Part shown: in pieces, positions 30,112 to 44,644 of the stretch
Layout of the letters: the number at the start of each line of letters is the position of its first letter
Position numbering within the stretch: the first letter of the stretch is position 1
Assembly (NCBI RefSeq): GCF_009914755.1
Contig: NC_060934.1
DNA from: the human T2T-CHM13v2.0 reference genome, Homo sapiens
DNA length: 64,000 bases
Direction: 5' to 3' (one strand)
Made by a program: the position numbers and the translations under genes
Notes under the pieces: generated by a model
What the model was told of the DNA's origin: nothing
Database searches by the model: none
What the model saw: only the letters and a program-made list of their open reading frames with translations

Positions 30112-30257
30112 CAAGATTTTCAAGATTTACTGTACATAACAAAGGGAACCAAAACTGTTGCTGTGCAGGACAGCTGTGAATGTGAACATAGGTGGTGGCT
30201 ACTGGTTCCAGTATGCATGCGTATATGTCTGTCTATACACATACATATATATGTGCA

Positions 30258-30589
30258 TAGTCATGTACCATATAACATTTTGGTCAACCATGGGCTGCAT
30301 ATATGATGGTGGTGCCATAAAATTATAATACTGTGTTTTTACAGTAACTTTTCTATGTTTAGATACACAAATATTTACTATTATGTTACAATTACCTACA
30401 ATATTCAGTACAGTAACACTCTGTACAGGTTTATAGCCTAGGAGCAATAGGCTGTACCATATAGCCTAGGTGTGTAGCAGGCTATAATATCTAGGATTGT
30501 GTACGTGCTCTCTATGATGTTGACACTATTATGAAATTGCCTTATGACTCATTTCTCAGAAAGTATTTCTGTTAAGTGACACATGACTA
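30258..30589. mobile_element. Tigger3a/MER7A-like non-autonomous TcMar element
   Basis: Inverted termini tagtcatgt.../...acatgacta; body tagcctaggagcaataggct; (TA)n at the right end. Confidence 0.88.
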
Positions 30590-31924
30590 TATATATATAT
30601 ATACACACAAAGTCTTAAAATCTGGTTTGAAATCAAGTAGATTGATATCTACCACTTTATACTTTTTAATTCAAAATTGTTTTAGCTATTCTAATTCATT
30701 TACCTTTCCATATAAATTTTAGAATAATTTTGTTTATATCTACAAAAAATCTCTCCAGGATTTTGATAGGAAATGCATCAAATATGTGTCTCATTTTAGG
30801 AAGAATTGACATTTTTACTATGTTGAGTCTTCCAATCCATTAACATGGTATGTTTCTCATTTATTTAGATTACCTTTGATATCTTTCATCAGCATTGTGT
30901 CATATTCACCATACTAGTCCAGAACTGTTTATTGTTTTGTACCTAAGCATTTCTCTAAAGAAAAAATTTGTCAATTTTATTGATTTTTTTCAAAGAAACA
31001 ACTCTTTATTTTGTAGATTTTCTCTATATTTTGTATTCTAACTTTTGTTTATTTCTACCCTTTATTATTTCCTTCCTACTGCTTGCTTTGGGTTATTTTG
31101 TTCTTCTTTTTCTAGGTTTGTGAGGTGAGAGCTTGTTGATTTCAGACTTTCCTCTTTCCTCATGTTTTCATTTAGAGCTATAAACTTCCTTCAGTACTGT
31201 TTTAGCTTCTCCTCATAAATTTTGATATATTGCATTGAATTTTCATTCAGTTCAATGTATTTTTAAATTTCCCTTGTGTCTTCCTTTGATCCATGGATTA
31301 TATGGAAGTGCATTGTTTAGTCTGCAAATGTTTGAGGATTTTCCTGTTATCTTTCTATTATTAATTTCTAGTTTTATTCTATGATAGTTGAAGAACACAC
31401 TTTGTAGGATTTTATTATTTTGTATTTGTTGAACATTTTTGCAGCCCAGAATATGATCTACCTTGGTATCTCTCATGGCCACTTGAAAAGAATGTGTATC
31501 CTGCTAGAGTTGGGTAGAGTGTTGAATAAATGTTAATTAGATCATCTTTGTTGAAGATGCTACTGAATTCTTCTATATATCCTTACTGATTTTATGTCTA
31601 GCTCTTCCATCAATTATTGAGATAAGATTACTGTGATCTACAAGTATAATATTGAATTTATCTATATTTCTTTTCAGTTTTAGCTTTATGTATTTTGCAG
31701 CTCTGTTGTTTGGTGCATGTACATTTGGGACTGATATGTCTTCCTTGTGTATTGATTCCTTTATTATTATATTCTGCTCTGTCTCTTGTGTTTTTTATCC
31801 TCTGCAGTATACCTTATCTGATATTCAAATAGCCGTATCTGCTTTTCATTGATTAATACTTGCATGATATATCTGTTTTCATCTTTTTACTGTCAACCTG
31901 CTTATAGTGTTACATTTGAAGTGA

Positions 31925-32233
<309 letters not shown>

Positions 32234-33659
32234 TGAAGTGTTTCTTGTAGACAGCAAGTTTGGTCATGTTTTTAAATCCATTCTGTCAATCTCTATCTTT
32301 TAATTAGTGTGTTATACAATTTATATCTAATGTAATTCATGATGTGTTAGACTTAATTCTGCCATTTTATTTTTTGTTTTTTTTGTTCTGTTTTCTGTTT
32401 TTCATTTTTTAGAATTTTATTTTGATTTCTCTATAGTATTTTTGAGAATATCTCTTTGTGTAGCTTTTTATGGAGTCTTATTACAGTCTACTAATATCGT
32501 CACTTTACCAGTTCATATGAAGCATTGTACCCTTACCTCTCTTTACTTATGTTTATCCTCCTCCATTCTTTGCCATCTTCCATATATACCATATAGTTAA
32601 GAGAATTACATATCCTGTGATATAATTATCTTAACTATTTCCTCTACATACATTTAGAGCAATGTCAGACAGTTTTATTTTCTTTCACCATTAAAATATA
32701 ATTTTAAAAATTCAAGAGGAGAAGGAAAGCCTAGTATATCTACATATATTTTCACTTACCATGTTCTTTCTTCCTGATGTTTCAAAGTTCCTTTTTTAAA
32801 AAAAATTATTTACTTTCTTGTTTAGAGAACTTTTTAAGCCATTCGTTTGGAGTATGTCTGCTGGTGACAAATTCTATTAGCTTTCCTCATCTGAGATATC
32901 TTGATACTCCCTTCATCCCTGAAGAATATTTTCAGTAGGCATAGGATTCTCAAGTGACAGCTCTTTCAGCACTTGAAAAAGATTGTGCCATTTCCTTCTG
33001 GCCTATATGGTTTTGATGAGAAATGTACTCTCATTTGAATTGTTTTTCCCTACAGATAAAGTATAATTTTTCTCTAGTTACTTTCAAGAGTTTGTCATTA
33101 GTTTTCAGAAGCTTAGTTTATGGTTATCTTGGAATCAGAAGCTTAGTTTAATTATGGTGGAATGAATCTTTTTGGATTAACCCTGTTTGGGGTTCACTAA
33201 GCTACTTGAATCTGTAGGTTTATGTCTCTTGACAAATTTGGGAAGTTCTCAATCATTATTTCTTCAAATACTTTTCCAGCCTTGCTGTCTTTCTCCTCTC
33301 ATTCTGGAACTCCAGTGATAGGAATGTTAAATCATTTGTTATAGTTCCATAAGGCTCTGCTCATTTTTTTCAGTGTATTTTTCTCTCAATTGTTCAGTTG
33401 AATAATTTCATTGTTCTGTTTTCCAGCTCCAGTTTTGCTTCTTCTGTCTCCTCCATTCTGCTGTTAAACCTATATACTGAACTTTTTACTTTTGTTATTG
33501 TACTTTTTAGTTCTACAATTTCCATTTGGTTCTTCTTTATATCTTCTTTTTTTTTTTTGCTGAGACTTTCTATTTATTCATATATTTCAAGTATGTTTGT
33601 AATTATTCATTGAAGCATTTTATCGTAGCTATTTCTCTTTCATCTAAGCATTGTCATCT

Positions 33660-34290
<631 letters not shown>

Positions 34291-36476
34291 CCATCATCTT
34301 TCAATTGTCTTTTTTATTTGGTTCGAGATCTTGCTGGTTCATAGAATGACGAATGATTTTTTTATGGAAACCTGGAAATTTTCCTGTTATGTTATAAGGC
34401 TCTGCATTTTATTTAGACCTTCTGTTTCATGTGGCTTTCTCTAACACCACCATGGCGGGGGAAGAAAAGGTACTGCCTTGTTACTGCTAGGTGGAGATAG
34501 AAGTCCAAGTTCCCTTGTTGGTCTCCATGGACACTTGAGGGGGCGCTGTGTTAAATTGTGCAGGAATGGGAGCGCCTCTGTGGTCACCACTAACCACAGT
34601 GGGGAGGGCCCTTATTACCAGCTGGTAAGATTGAAGGTCATGGCCCCTATTCTGCTTTCTCTGACATCATTCTTGTGGAGGAGTTTGGAAGGCGTGCTAT
34701 AGCCTGGCTAGGGTGAAAGTTGAGGCTCCCCACTTGGCCTTTTCTGGTGAGAGTGTGGGTGGGGTCACAGTTTCTCTGTGGTACTTGGCTGCAGTAGAGT
34801 GCTTATTATCTAAAAGTTTTTGTCGTGTTAGGCTGTCCCCTTCCTGGTCCTTTGGCTAGAGAGAATAGGCTTTTGTTGAGACTGTTTTTGCCTCTGCACT
34901 TTTTGGTGTGTCCAGGTTACTGGCTTCTTCAGCTCCAAGCCTGGAACATATGAGGCAAAAATAAAATCCAGAGAATTAATCACTGTGTTGTTCCTAGGCT
35001 TCTGAGATCTCTGGGCAGTCTTCCTTTCTCTCTCCATCTTTTAGAGTTGTCTTATGCTTGTTTTATATATAATGTCTAAGGTTTGGGGTTGTGCTTAGGG
35101 GGAATAGAGAAAAGTATGTCTACCCCTTCTTTTTGAAAATAGAAATTCTTTCTGCCCCGTTTTTACTTACACCTCTTAACCAAAGCAAAAACCCACTAAA
35201 ATTTCAGTATCTTTCCAACTTTCAGCGTAACTCATCAACATTTTTAAGCGATCAAAATCCTTTGCTAATAGAACGTCTCCATGAGATATTTTGGGCCCAT
35301 CTTTCCAGAGAGCTAATCAGGCCTGAGTTATTCAAGTATCCTTTCTGGGTAAATCTGTTATCACAGTAAAATTAACCCCATCAAAGGATGTTAAATCTCC
35401 ACAGTTCAAAGAGGGAAGATAGTTTTACACTCCGAATGGCTGTCCTAAAAACACCAAAATGCCCAGCTGTTGGGTCTTGCTTTACCACGTCAAAACTCCG
35501 ACTGGTGGCTGGTGATGTCCCCAAATTAAGTATCTGCAGCCCACATCCCACTTTTTAGATTTGATCTCCTGGAGATGTGGCCTGAATTCCTATTATGTTT
35601 CTTTCAGCAAGGCAAGTGACCAAAATCAAATCAGAAACAAATCTCTGAATATTATTAATAAAGAAGTTTCCTTTGAACTAGAGTCTTTTTAACTGTGTTT
35701 CCCAGAGATTTCCTGTGCAGCTTCAAAAGGAGTTCATGTCCAGTTTGATTAAGACTTTATCTCAAATCCTAATGGAGACAGCCATTTTCTCAGAATACCC
35801 ATAAGCATGAATGTTAGCCAGTTATATAGCCTTGTAAAAAAAAGCAACATAACCTCTCCTTGGGATCCACACTAGTAAAATGATTTTCTTCATTAGAAGT
35901 GAGAGGCAGCTATTTATCCAGCTCTGAACCCTGTGGCAGGAAAACTTCTGGAAACCCAGATAACTTTTCTGTTGGTACCATGTTTGCTGTTAGGTTCGTC
36001 CTGATATTGAACAAACATGGACAAAATGCTGTGTGTTGCAACCAGATAATATATTGTCTTTTATTTCACTATTATTTTAGTTATTTGGGGATTTGGAGAA
36101 AGAGGATGGGGTAGGGGATGGTTAATGGAGACAGATGGTCAATGCAATTATCACTTGAAAAACAGGTTTGTCCTTCAAAAATGACAACAGTGGACTCTCA
36201 ATGGCAGGTGAAATTTGAAAAAGGATTAGGAAAGGATTACCTAAGAGAAAAAGAACAGGTGCATCCAGGGTGCTCCAGTGAGTGGGGAGGGTGAATGACA
36301 CCCTCAAAATAGTCCTTTTGCATTTCAGTTCTATTTGTACTCTGGACTTTGACAATGGTCAGTGCTGGGTGAGTTTGGGCTCATCTTAAAGATGGGCAAA
36401 AGATAGAATGAGCAAAGAAGTTTCCCTCCATTCTTTGAAGGGAAAACAGAACTTAAAGATCATATGTTGTACTTTT

Positions 36477-36953
<477 letters not shown>

Positions 36954-37178
36954 TCAAGGCAAGAATTTCTATAAGAGAACTTATCAAGGAGTATTATGGA
37001 TGGAAGTGATCATCTGGCCCATACTCATTAAACAAATGAAGAGACTGAACCGTAAGTGATGCAATGACCTGCCTAAGGTCACGACAAGTTATTGGCAAAG
37101 TCACAGCTGGAAATCAGGGAGTCAGGTCCCTTTTATCCACCCCAGCCCTTTTCTTTATGCTATGAGTAGTGCTATTTT

Positions 37179-37323
37179 GGCTAGGCACGATGGCTCAAGC
37201 TTATAATCCCACCACTTTAGGAGGATGAGGAAGGAGGATTGCTTGAGCCCAGGAATTTGAGACCAGCCTGGGCAACAACGTAGTGAGACCCTGTCTCTAC
37301 AATAAATAAATAAATAAATAAAT

Positions 37324-37365
<42 letters not shown>

Positions 37366-37515
37366 CCAGGAAGAGTGGTGGCTTGCATCTGTAGTTCCAG
37401 CTACTTAGGAGGCTGAGGCAGGAGGATTACTTGAGCCCAGGAGTTTGAGGCTGCAGTGAACTATAATTGTGCCATTGCATTCCAGCTTGGGCAACAGAGT
37501 AAAACCCTGTCTCAA
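37179..37515 (+). mobile_element. AluJ with (TAAA)n(TG)n in the linker
   Basis: Both arms present; microsatellite at about 37301-37363; TSD gagta(g/a)t(g/a)ctat. Confidence 0.92.
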
Positions 37516-37769
37516 TTTTTTTTTTTAAAAGAGTAATACTATCTTAACAGGCTTGGCCTATGTCTTTCCCTTAAAAGCTGAAAGATGGGAACAGAGGGTT
37601 CTGAGCCTACATTCTGTTCAGCAGAGGGACTCCTTGAGGAGCTCCAGGTTTTATAGTACTGCACTCCCACCTGCAGTACCAATGGCCCCTGCTCTCCTGC
37701 TATTGCCAGATGTTGGGAGAGGGGGATCTGTAGGGGACCTCTGGGAAAGATAACAGCGATAAAATAATA

Positions 37770-38030
37770 ACAACTACTTATTGAGTGCTTTGTCCATGCC
37801 AGACACTGGGCGAAGTGGGCATTTTACAGGCATTATCTCATTTGATTCTCATGATAATCTTGTGAGGCAAGTATAATTATCGTTCCCATTTTGCAGATGA
37901 AAAACTGAGGTTCAAAGGGGTTATGTAACTTGCCCAAGCTTATATACCCCCAAAGTAATTGACAGAAATAGAATTTGCACCTATCTCTGTCTGGCTCCAA
38001 ACTTCAAGCTTTAGACCCTGTGTTGTGTGA
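37770..38030 (-). mobile_element. MIR, near full length
   Basis: ttattgagtgc...cccattttgcagatgaaaaactgagg...aacttgcccaag. Confidence 0.88.
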
Positions 38031-38444
38031 CTTCTCAAGGCGGACTTCACTCTGAGCTCCCCAAGTCACAGGAGAAATTTGGGTGGCTGCTTAACTCACA
38101 TACACAAAGGAAATGAAATTTGACATATACTGGCTTTGCTGTTTCTGGATGGAGGTGGTTAGTGGGAAGGTTGATGTCTCTGGAGGGCACTGAGCTCCCA
38201 AGAGATGGTACTGGGCACTCTGGTGTGACCTTGAAAACACGATGGCTGCACAGTCCAGCTCCACTCTGACTGTGGCTGACTTGGTCTCTGGGATGTGGCC
38301 CAGCAGAGCTCCCTGAAGGCAGAACTTTGGGTAGGTGACGTTTGTCACATGTCTCCATTCCTTTCCTACGTAGGGGTTGCCCACTCTGGGCCAAACCCCA
38401 TTTTCCTTCCTATGATCTCCAAGATTTTAGCTCCCTTCTATCAG

Positions 38445-38795
38445 TGATTCCCAAGCACAGCTGCCCACTATAATAACCTAGGAAGCCTTTTTAAAATTAT
38501 TAGTATCTGGACCACATTTCAAGAGATTCTGATTTAATTATTCTCAGTTGTTTCCCAATTAAGGTTGCCAGATAATATATAGGATGCTCAGTTAAATTTT
38601 AATTTCAAATGACAATGAGTAATTTTTAGCATAAATATGTCACAAATATTACATGGGCCATATTTATACTAAAACATGATTTGTTGTTTATCACAGATTT
38701 AAATTAACTGGGCATCCTGTATTTTCACTAGAAAAATTTGGCAATCCTATCCCCAAGTGATTCTGATGTACAGGCACAGGCTGAGAATCTGCCAT
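38445..38795. mobile_element. MER5-type element split by MER53
   Basis: agagattctgatttaatt to the left, ccccaagtgattctgatg to the right. Confidence 0.65.
38560..38749. mobile_element. MER53 palindromic MITE
   Basis: Termini taaggttgcca / tggcaatccta; self-complementary arms; 8-bp TSD-like ttcccaat / tccccaag. Confidence 0.85.
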
Positions 38796-39369
38796 ATGCG
38801 ATCCACAGTCCTTGCAAATGCACCTATGCATTACTCTCCGCTTCACTACCTCTGGCCAGGGCAGCAAATGCATGCATTTTCTTAGGGTCTTCTGTGAATA
38901 ATGGCCTAGTGTCTGCCCTTTAACTCAGCAGTGGGGCTGATCATGTGAAGGGGAAGACAGACACCGTGAGAAGTCACCGTGGGTGCACATAGGAGGTTGG
39001 TAATGTCTGATAAATAACTAGAGGTTCTGCCTACTCCCTGGGCTGGTCCTGTGTGGAGTTCTCAGTAATTGAACAATGCTTATTGGGTAGCTACTCTATG
39101 CATGATGCTTGCTAGGCCATGCAGGGGATGCTGTGGATGCTCTAGAAGAACTCAACCTGGGAAGGGAGAATCTGAGTTTCCTTTACTAGAAATTTTAATC
39201 TACAATCTAACAGGGATTAGATTAGAACAAGTACCCTTTTATGCACATAAACCCAATTAGTAAGACTGCATACACTTATACCCAACCAACAGGTGACTGG
39301 ACAGAACTGAATGAAGATATGTGCATTGTAAACAGGAAGAAGGAATGTCTTGCCATTTCAGGATGGAGA

Positions 39370-39535
39370 CCAAGAAGAGCTCCAGCTCTACCACTTACTA
39401 GCTATGCCATCTGGGTCATAGTATTTATTTTTCTTCAGTCTCCATGTCTTCATCTGTAAAATGAGAATGATGATAATAGGTCATGGCGAGATTATGAGGG
39501 TGAAATGAAACTGCATGGAGTATGGGTGCTGGAAT
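39370..39535 (+). mobile_element. MIR
   Basis: ccagctctaccacttactagct...catctgtaaaatgagaatgat. Confidence 0.75.
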
Positions 39536-39536
39536 A

Positions 39537-40045
39537 CCAGCACACCTTAGAGATGCTATAGTTTTGGGGTTTTGATTCCAGACCACCTTCATAAAACAAA
39601 TATCACAATAAAGCCGCTTACATGAATTTTTTGGTTTCCCAGTGTACATAGAAGTTATGTTTACATTATACTGTATTTTATTAAGTGTACAGTAGCATTA
39701 TGTCTAAAAAATAAATGCACAAACCTTAATTAAAAATACTTCATTGTGGCCAGGCACAGTGGCTCACACCTGTAATCCCAGCACTTTAGGAGGTCGAGGT
39801 GGGCGGATCACTTGAGGTCAGGAGTTAAAGACCACCTGGCCAACATGGCAAAGCCTTGTCTTTACTAAAAATACAAAAATTAGCCAGGCTTGGTGGTGTG
39901 CACCTGTAGTCCCAGCTACTGGTGAGGCCGAGGCAGGAGAATCACTTAAACCCAGGAGGAGGAGGTTGCAGTGAGATCATGACCCTGCACTCCAGCCTGG
40001 GCAATAGAATGAGATTCTGCATCAAAAAAAAAAAATAATAAAAAA

Positions 40046-40076
<31 letters not shown>

Positions 40077-42311
40077 ATATAAATAAATAAAATAAAACAA
40101 AAAAGAAAGAAACTTTATTGCTAAAAAATTCTAACAATCATCTAAGCCTTCAGGGAGTCATAATCATTTTGCTGGTGGAGGGTCTTGCCTCAATGTTGAT
40201 GGTTGCTGACTGATCAGGGTGGAGTGGCTGTGGTAATTCCTTAAAATAAGACAACAACAAAGTTTGTTGCATTGATTGACTCTTCCTTTCACAAAATATT
40301 TTTCTGTCGTATGTGATGCTGTTTGATTGCACTTTACCCACGGTAGAACTTCTTTCAAAATTGGAGTCAATCCTCTTAAACCCTGCCATGGCTTTTTCAA
40401 CTAAGTTTATGTAATATTCTAAATACTTTGTTGTCATTTCATTATTGTTCACAGCATCTTCACCAGCAGTAGTTTCACTCTCAAGAAACCACTTTCTTTG
40501 CTCGTCCAGAAGAAGCAACTCCTCGTCTGTTCAAGTTTGATCATGAGATTGCAGCAATTCAGTCACATCTTCAGGCTCCACTTCTAATTAGAATTAGAAG
40601 AATTCCTTCGCTATTTCCACCACATCTACAGTTACTTCCTTCACTGAAGTCTTGAACCCCTCAAAGTCATTCATGAGGATTAGAATCAACTTCTTCCAAA
40701 CTCCTGTTCATGTTGATATTTTGACCTCTTTTTATGAATCACAAATACTCTTAATGGAGTCTAGAATGGTGAATCCTTTACAGCAGGTTTTCAATTTACT
40801 TTGCCCAGATCCATCAGAAGAATCATGATCAGTGGCAGATACAGGTTTATGAACTAATTTCTGAAATAATGATTTGAAAGTTGAAATTACTCCTTGATCC
40901 ATGAGCTGAAGAGTAGATGTTGTATTAGCAGGCATGAAAATAAGATTAATCTCCTTGTACATCTCCATCAGAGCTCTTGGATAACCAGGTGTATTGTCAA
41001 TGAGCAGCAATATTTTGAAAGGAATCTTTTTTTTTTTTCTGAGCAATAGGTCTCAACAGTGGGCTTAAAAATATTCAGTAAACAGATGTGCTGTTATCCA
41101 GGCTTTATTGTTTCATTTATAGAGCACAGGCATAGAGATCTAGCATAATTCTTAAGGTCCCTAGAATTTTCAGAATAGTAAATGAGCACTGGATTCAACT
41201 TAAAGTCACCAGCTGCACTAGCTCATCAGCCTCTATCTAGACAGTCAGCCCGGCTTTTGAAGCTTTGAAGCCATGTATTGACTTGTTCTCTCTATGACTT
41301 ATTTAACTATGAGAGTCCTAGATAGCATCTTCTTCCAATAGATGGCTGTTTCATCCACATTGAAAATCTGTTGTTTCACGTAGCCACCTTTATCCATTAT
41401 TTTAACTGGATCTTCTCAATAACTTGCTGCAGCTTCTACGTGTTATGGAGATGGCTATGTTATTATGGAGATGGCTTCTTTCCTTAAATTCATGAACCAG
41501 TCTCTGCTAGCTTCCAACTTTTCTTCTGCAGTTTCGTCACTCCTGTTAGCCTTTATAGAATCGAATAGAGTTAGGGCTGCTTTGCTCTGGATTAGGCTTT
41601 GGCTTAAGGAAATGTTCTGACTGGCTTGATCTTCTATCCAGACCACTAAAAACTTTCTCCATAGCAGCCATAAAGCTGTTTCACTTTCTTATTATTCACA
41701 TGTTCACTGGAGTAGCACCTTTAATTTCCTTCAACAACTTTTCCTTTGCATTTACAACTTGGCTAACTGGTACAAGAGGCCTAGCTTTCAACCTATGTAG
41801 GCTTTGTCACTAAGGTTAATCATTTCTAGCTTTTAATTTAAAGTGAGATACATGTGACTCTTCCTTTTACTTGAACACTTACTTGCCATTGTAGGGTTAT
41901 TAATTGGTCTAATTTTAATATTGTTGTGTCTCAGGTGATAGGGAGGCCCCAGTAGAAGGAAAGAAATGGGAGAATAGCTGGTCCGTGGAGCAGTCAGAAC
42001 ACACACAACATTTGTTGATTAAGTTTGTCATCTTTTGTGGGTGTGGTTCTTGGTGCCCCAAAAATTACAATAGTAAAATCAAAGATCACTGACCACAGAT
42101 CACCATAACAGATATAATAATTATTTGAAAGTTTGAAATATTTTGAGAATTACCAAAATGTGACACAGAAACACAAAGTGAGCACATGCTGTTGGAAAAA
42201 TGGCGCCAATAGACTTGCTCAATGCAGGACTGGCACACATTTTCAATTTGTGAAAAATGCAGCGTCTTGGGAATGCAATAAAGCAAAGCACAATAAAATG
42301 AGATGTGCCTG
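39537..42311 (-). mobile_element. Tigger1, near full length, with disrupted pogo-family transposase
   Basis: Both terminal inverted repeats (ccagcacacct.. and ..agatgtgcctg) with TA flanks. Collinear ORF fragments: CENP-B-type HTH ([22 protein letters not shown], 41455-41646), DDE_1 ([11 protein letters not shown]...[16 protein letters not shown], 40732-41046) and C-terminus (40150-40518). Confidence 0.95.
39748..40112 (+). mobile_element. AluS in Tigger1 with long (TAAA)n tail
   Basis: TSD-like actt(c/t)attg. Confidence 0.93.
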
Positions 42312-42877
42312 TACTAAGCATGCTATAAATACTAGCTCTTACAATGACAGCATCTCTAAGACAATATGGGACCATATTACCCATGTTTATAATGCACTCA
42401 AAAGTGTCCATGTCCAAAGAATTTAAGAATAAAGCTACCAAGAGAAGACCTTTTTTTAACACCAGTTTAGTCTAGGATTTGATAGAGCCTAAATCTTTGA
42501 AGACTGTGAAACGTGACACAGGAAATGGAGAAGAATTTCCCAATTCTAGTCTCCCTGTTTGGTATTTTCTACTAAATTTTACTTTCACAATGATGCAATA
42601 ACTATCGAAAGTCTAGAGCAGGTTCTTGCAACTGTATGCCAACATGTTATTCTCATGTGCCTGCCTGTCTGGGATGGGTGTTTTTAGGGTGTAGTTATAT
42701 GGAAATAGCCTCTGATTATGTTTCTGACTTTTCCAGGTAGGTTATAATTTCATACAGTTGTTTTGACGTGACTCTTTGGCAAGGCACACATATCTGTGAG
42801 ATCTTCAGAACACTGAATTAGAATGACATGAAAAATTTTAAATTATTCTAATACATGATGTAGTGTGTCTTGATACT

Positions 42878-43153
42878 GTTTTGTTTTGTTTTGTTTGAGA
42901 CAGAGTTTCACTATTGTCACCCATGCTGGGGTGCAATGGCATGATCTTGGCTCACTGCAACCTCCGCCTCAGCCTCCCGAGTAGCTGGGATTACAGGCAT
43001 GCACCACCATGACTGGCTGACTTTGTATTTTTAGTAGAAATGGGGGTTTCACCATACTGGCCAGGCTGGTCTCAAACTCCCGACCTCAGGTAATCCTCCC
43101 GCCTCAGCCTCCGAAAGTGCTGGGATTATAGGCTTGAGCCACCGTGCCTGGCC
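42878..43153 (-). mobile_element. AluS with internal deletion
   Basis: cctccgcctcagcctcccgag: the segment between two gcctc microhomologies is missing. Confidence 0.92.
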
Positions 43154-43424
43154 TTGGTACTGTTGTAACATGCAAAGGGTCAGCTGTATGCAAACGAAAG
43201 TTAATTTCCAGTATAAGCAAGGAGAAAGAAAAGGAAAACATGAAAGCAAACCATTCCTCACTTTTATGACTATTTCTGCAGTGTGTGGAGAGGATATAGT
43301 CGTCTTTCTGTATAAATCCTGCTACTCAGGCCCTAATTTGAGTTTACATTTCATTGTCTGAAAGACACAGCAGTTAAGGGGCCTGTTTTTGTATATACAT
43401 CTGCATGTGTATGCCTGGGTATGA

Positions 43425-43540
43425 AATAAGTCCTGTGAGGGTGGAAGGTTTTGGCTGTTTGCTCACTGCTGTGTCCCTGCACCTAGAACAAGCCTGGCAC
43501 ACAGGAGACTCTCAACATCCTCTGATGGAATGAATTAACG
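43425..43540 (+). mobile_element. L2 3' end
   Basis: gctcactgctgtgtccctgcacctagaacaagcctggcacacag...gaatgaat. Confidence 0.75.
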
Positions 43541-44324
43541 TGTATGTAGAGTATGTGCTCCTGGATCTGTTATCCCAGATAAACATACTCACTTCAGTGC
43601 TCATCAACTTTTTCACCCATGAGAACTGTGCTTTGGATAAGGAAAGGGAGAAGGACAACTTATAGGCTACAGGTAGGAGAGACAGAAAAAAGAGAAAGAG
43701 AAAATAGACTCCAGAGGTGAGGACAGGGTGGGTGGTAGGCAGGTGTCCAGGCAGAAGGTCAGGAACTAGAAGCAGCAGATTTTGTATATCCCCCAATGTT
43801 GGGTGGGAGGCTGTCTTCCAGATTATTCAGTCCAGGAGTCCTAGGCCCCTAGACTAGGAATGAGGCTTCTTCAACTTTTCTTTCTTTCTTTTTTTTTTCT
43901 TTCCAAAAAAGAACCAATGGGAAGCAGTCTTTTCCAGAGATGAGGCTGATTGGGTGACCTAAAATGCCAATCTTTTTGCCTTGGGCTAGAATTTTACCAG
44001 CTCGATGTGGTCACAATAGTTCTCCCATGCTGTTCCAAATACTTCTGGGCAGTGACATCCCAGTCTGCCATTCATGAACATAAGAGAGATGAATTAATGA
44101 AGCTTTCTGGAATGGTGGAGAGAGGTAGACTCTGTGGCAATGGAATACTCCCTTCATCAGCGAGGACACCGAGGCACCAGATGACTAGATTGTTTATTCA
44201 AAATTACACAGCGGTTCAGTAGAAGAGTTGGCCCAAAGCCCTGGTCTTCTAATTTCTTCTCCCATTTTCTTGTCATTTTTGTTTTTGTTTTCCCTAAAAA
44301 TCTTCCAGGACTTTTGTAGCCTGA

Positions 44325-44644
<320 letters not shown>

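Noticed and set aside
34530-34550. CTCF-like gagggggcgct
   Set aside because: Poor 5' half and lies within an L1 remnant.
40150-41646. Possible domesticated TIGD1-like gene
   Set aside because: The transposase is broken into separate frames and still lies within its terminal repeats; it is a fossil.
37057-42599. Two C/EBP-ATF motifs TGATGCAAT (37057, 42591)
   Set aside because: Isolated 9-mers near chance expectation in 64 kb, with no clustering.
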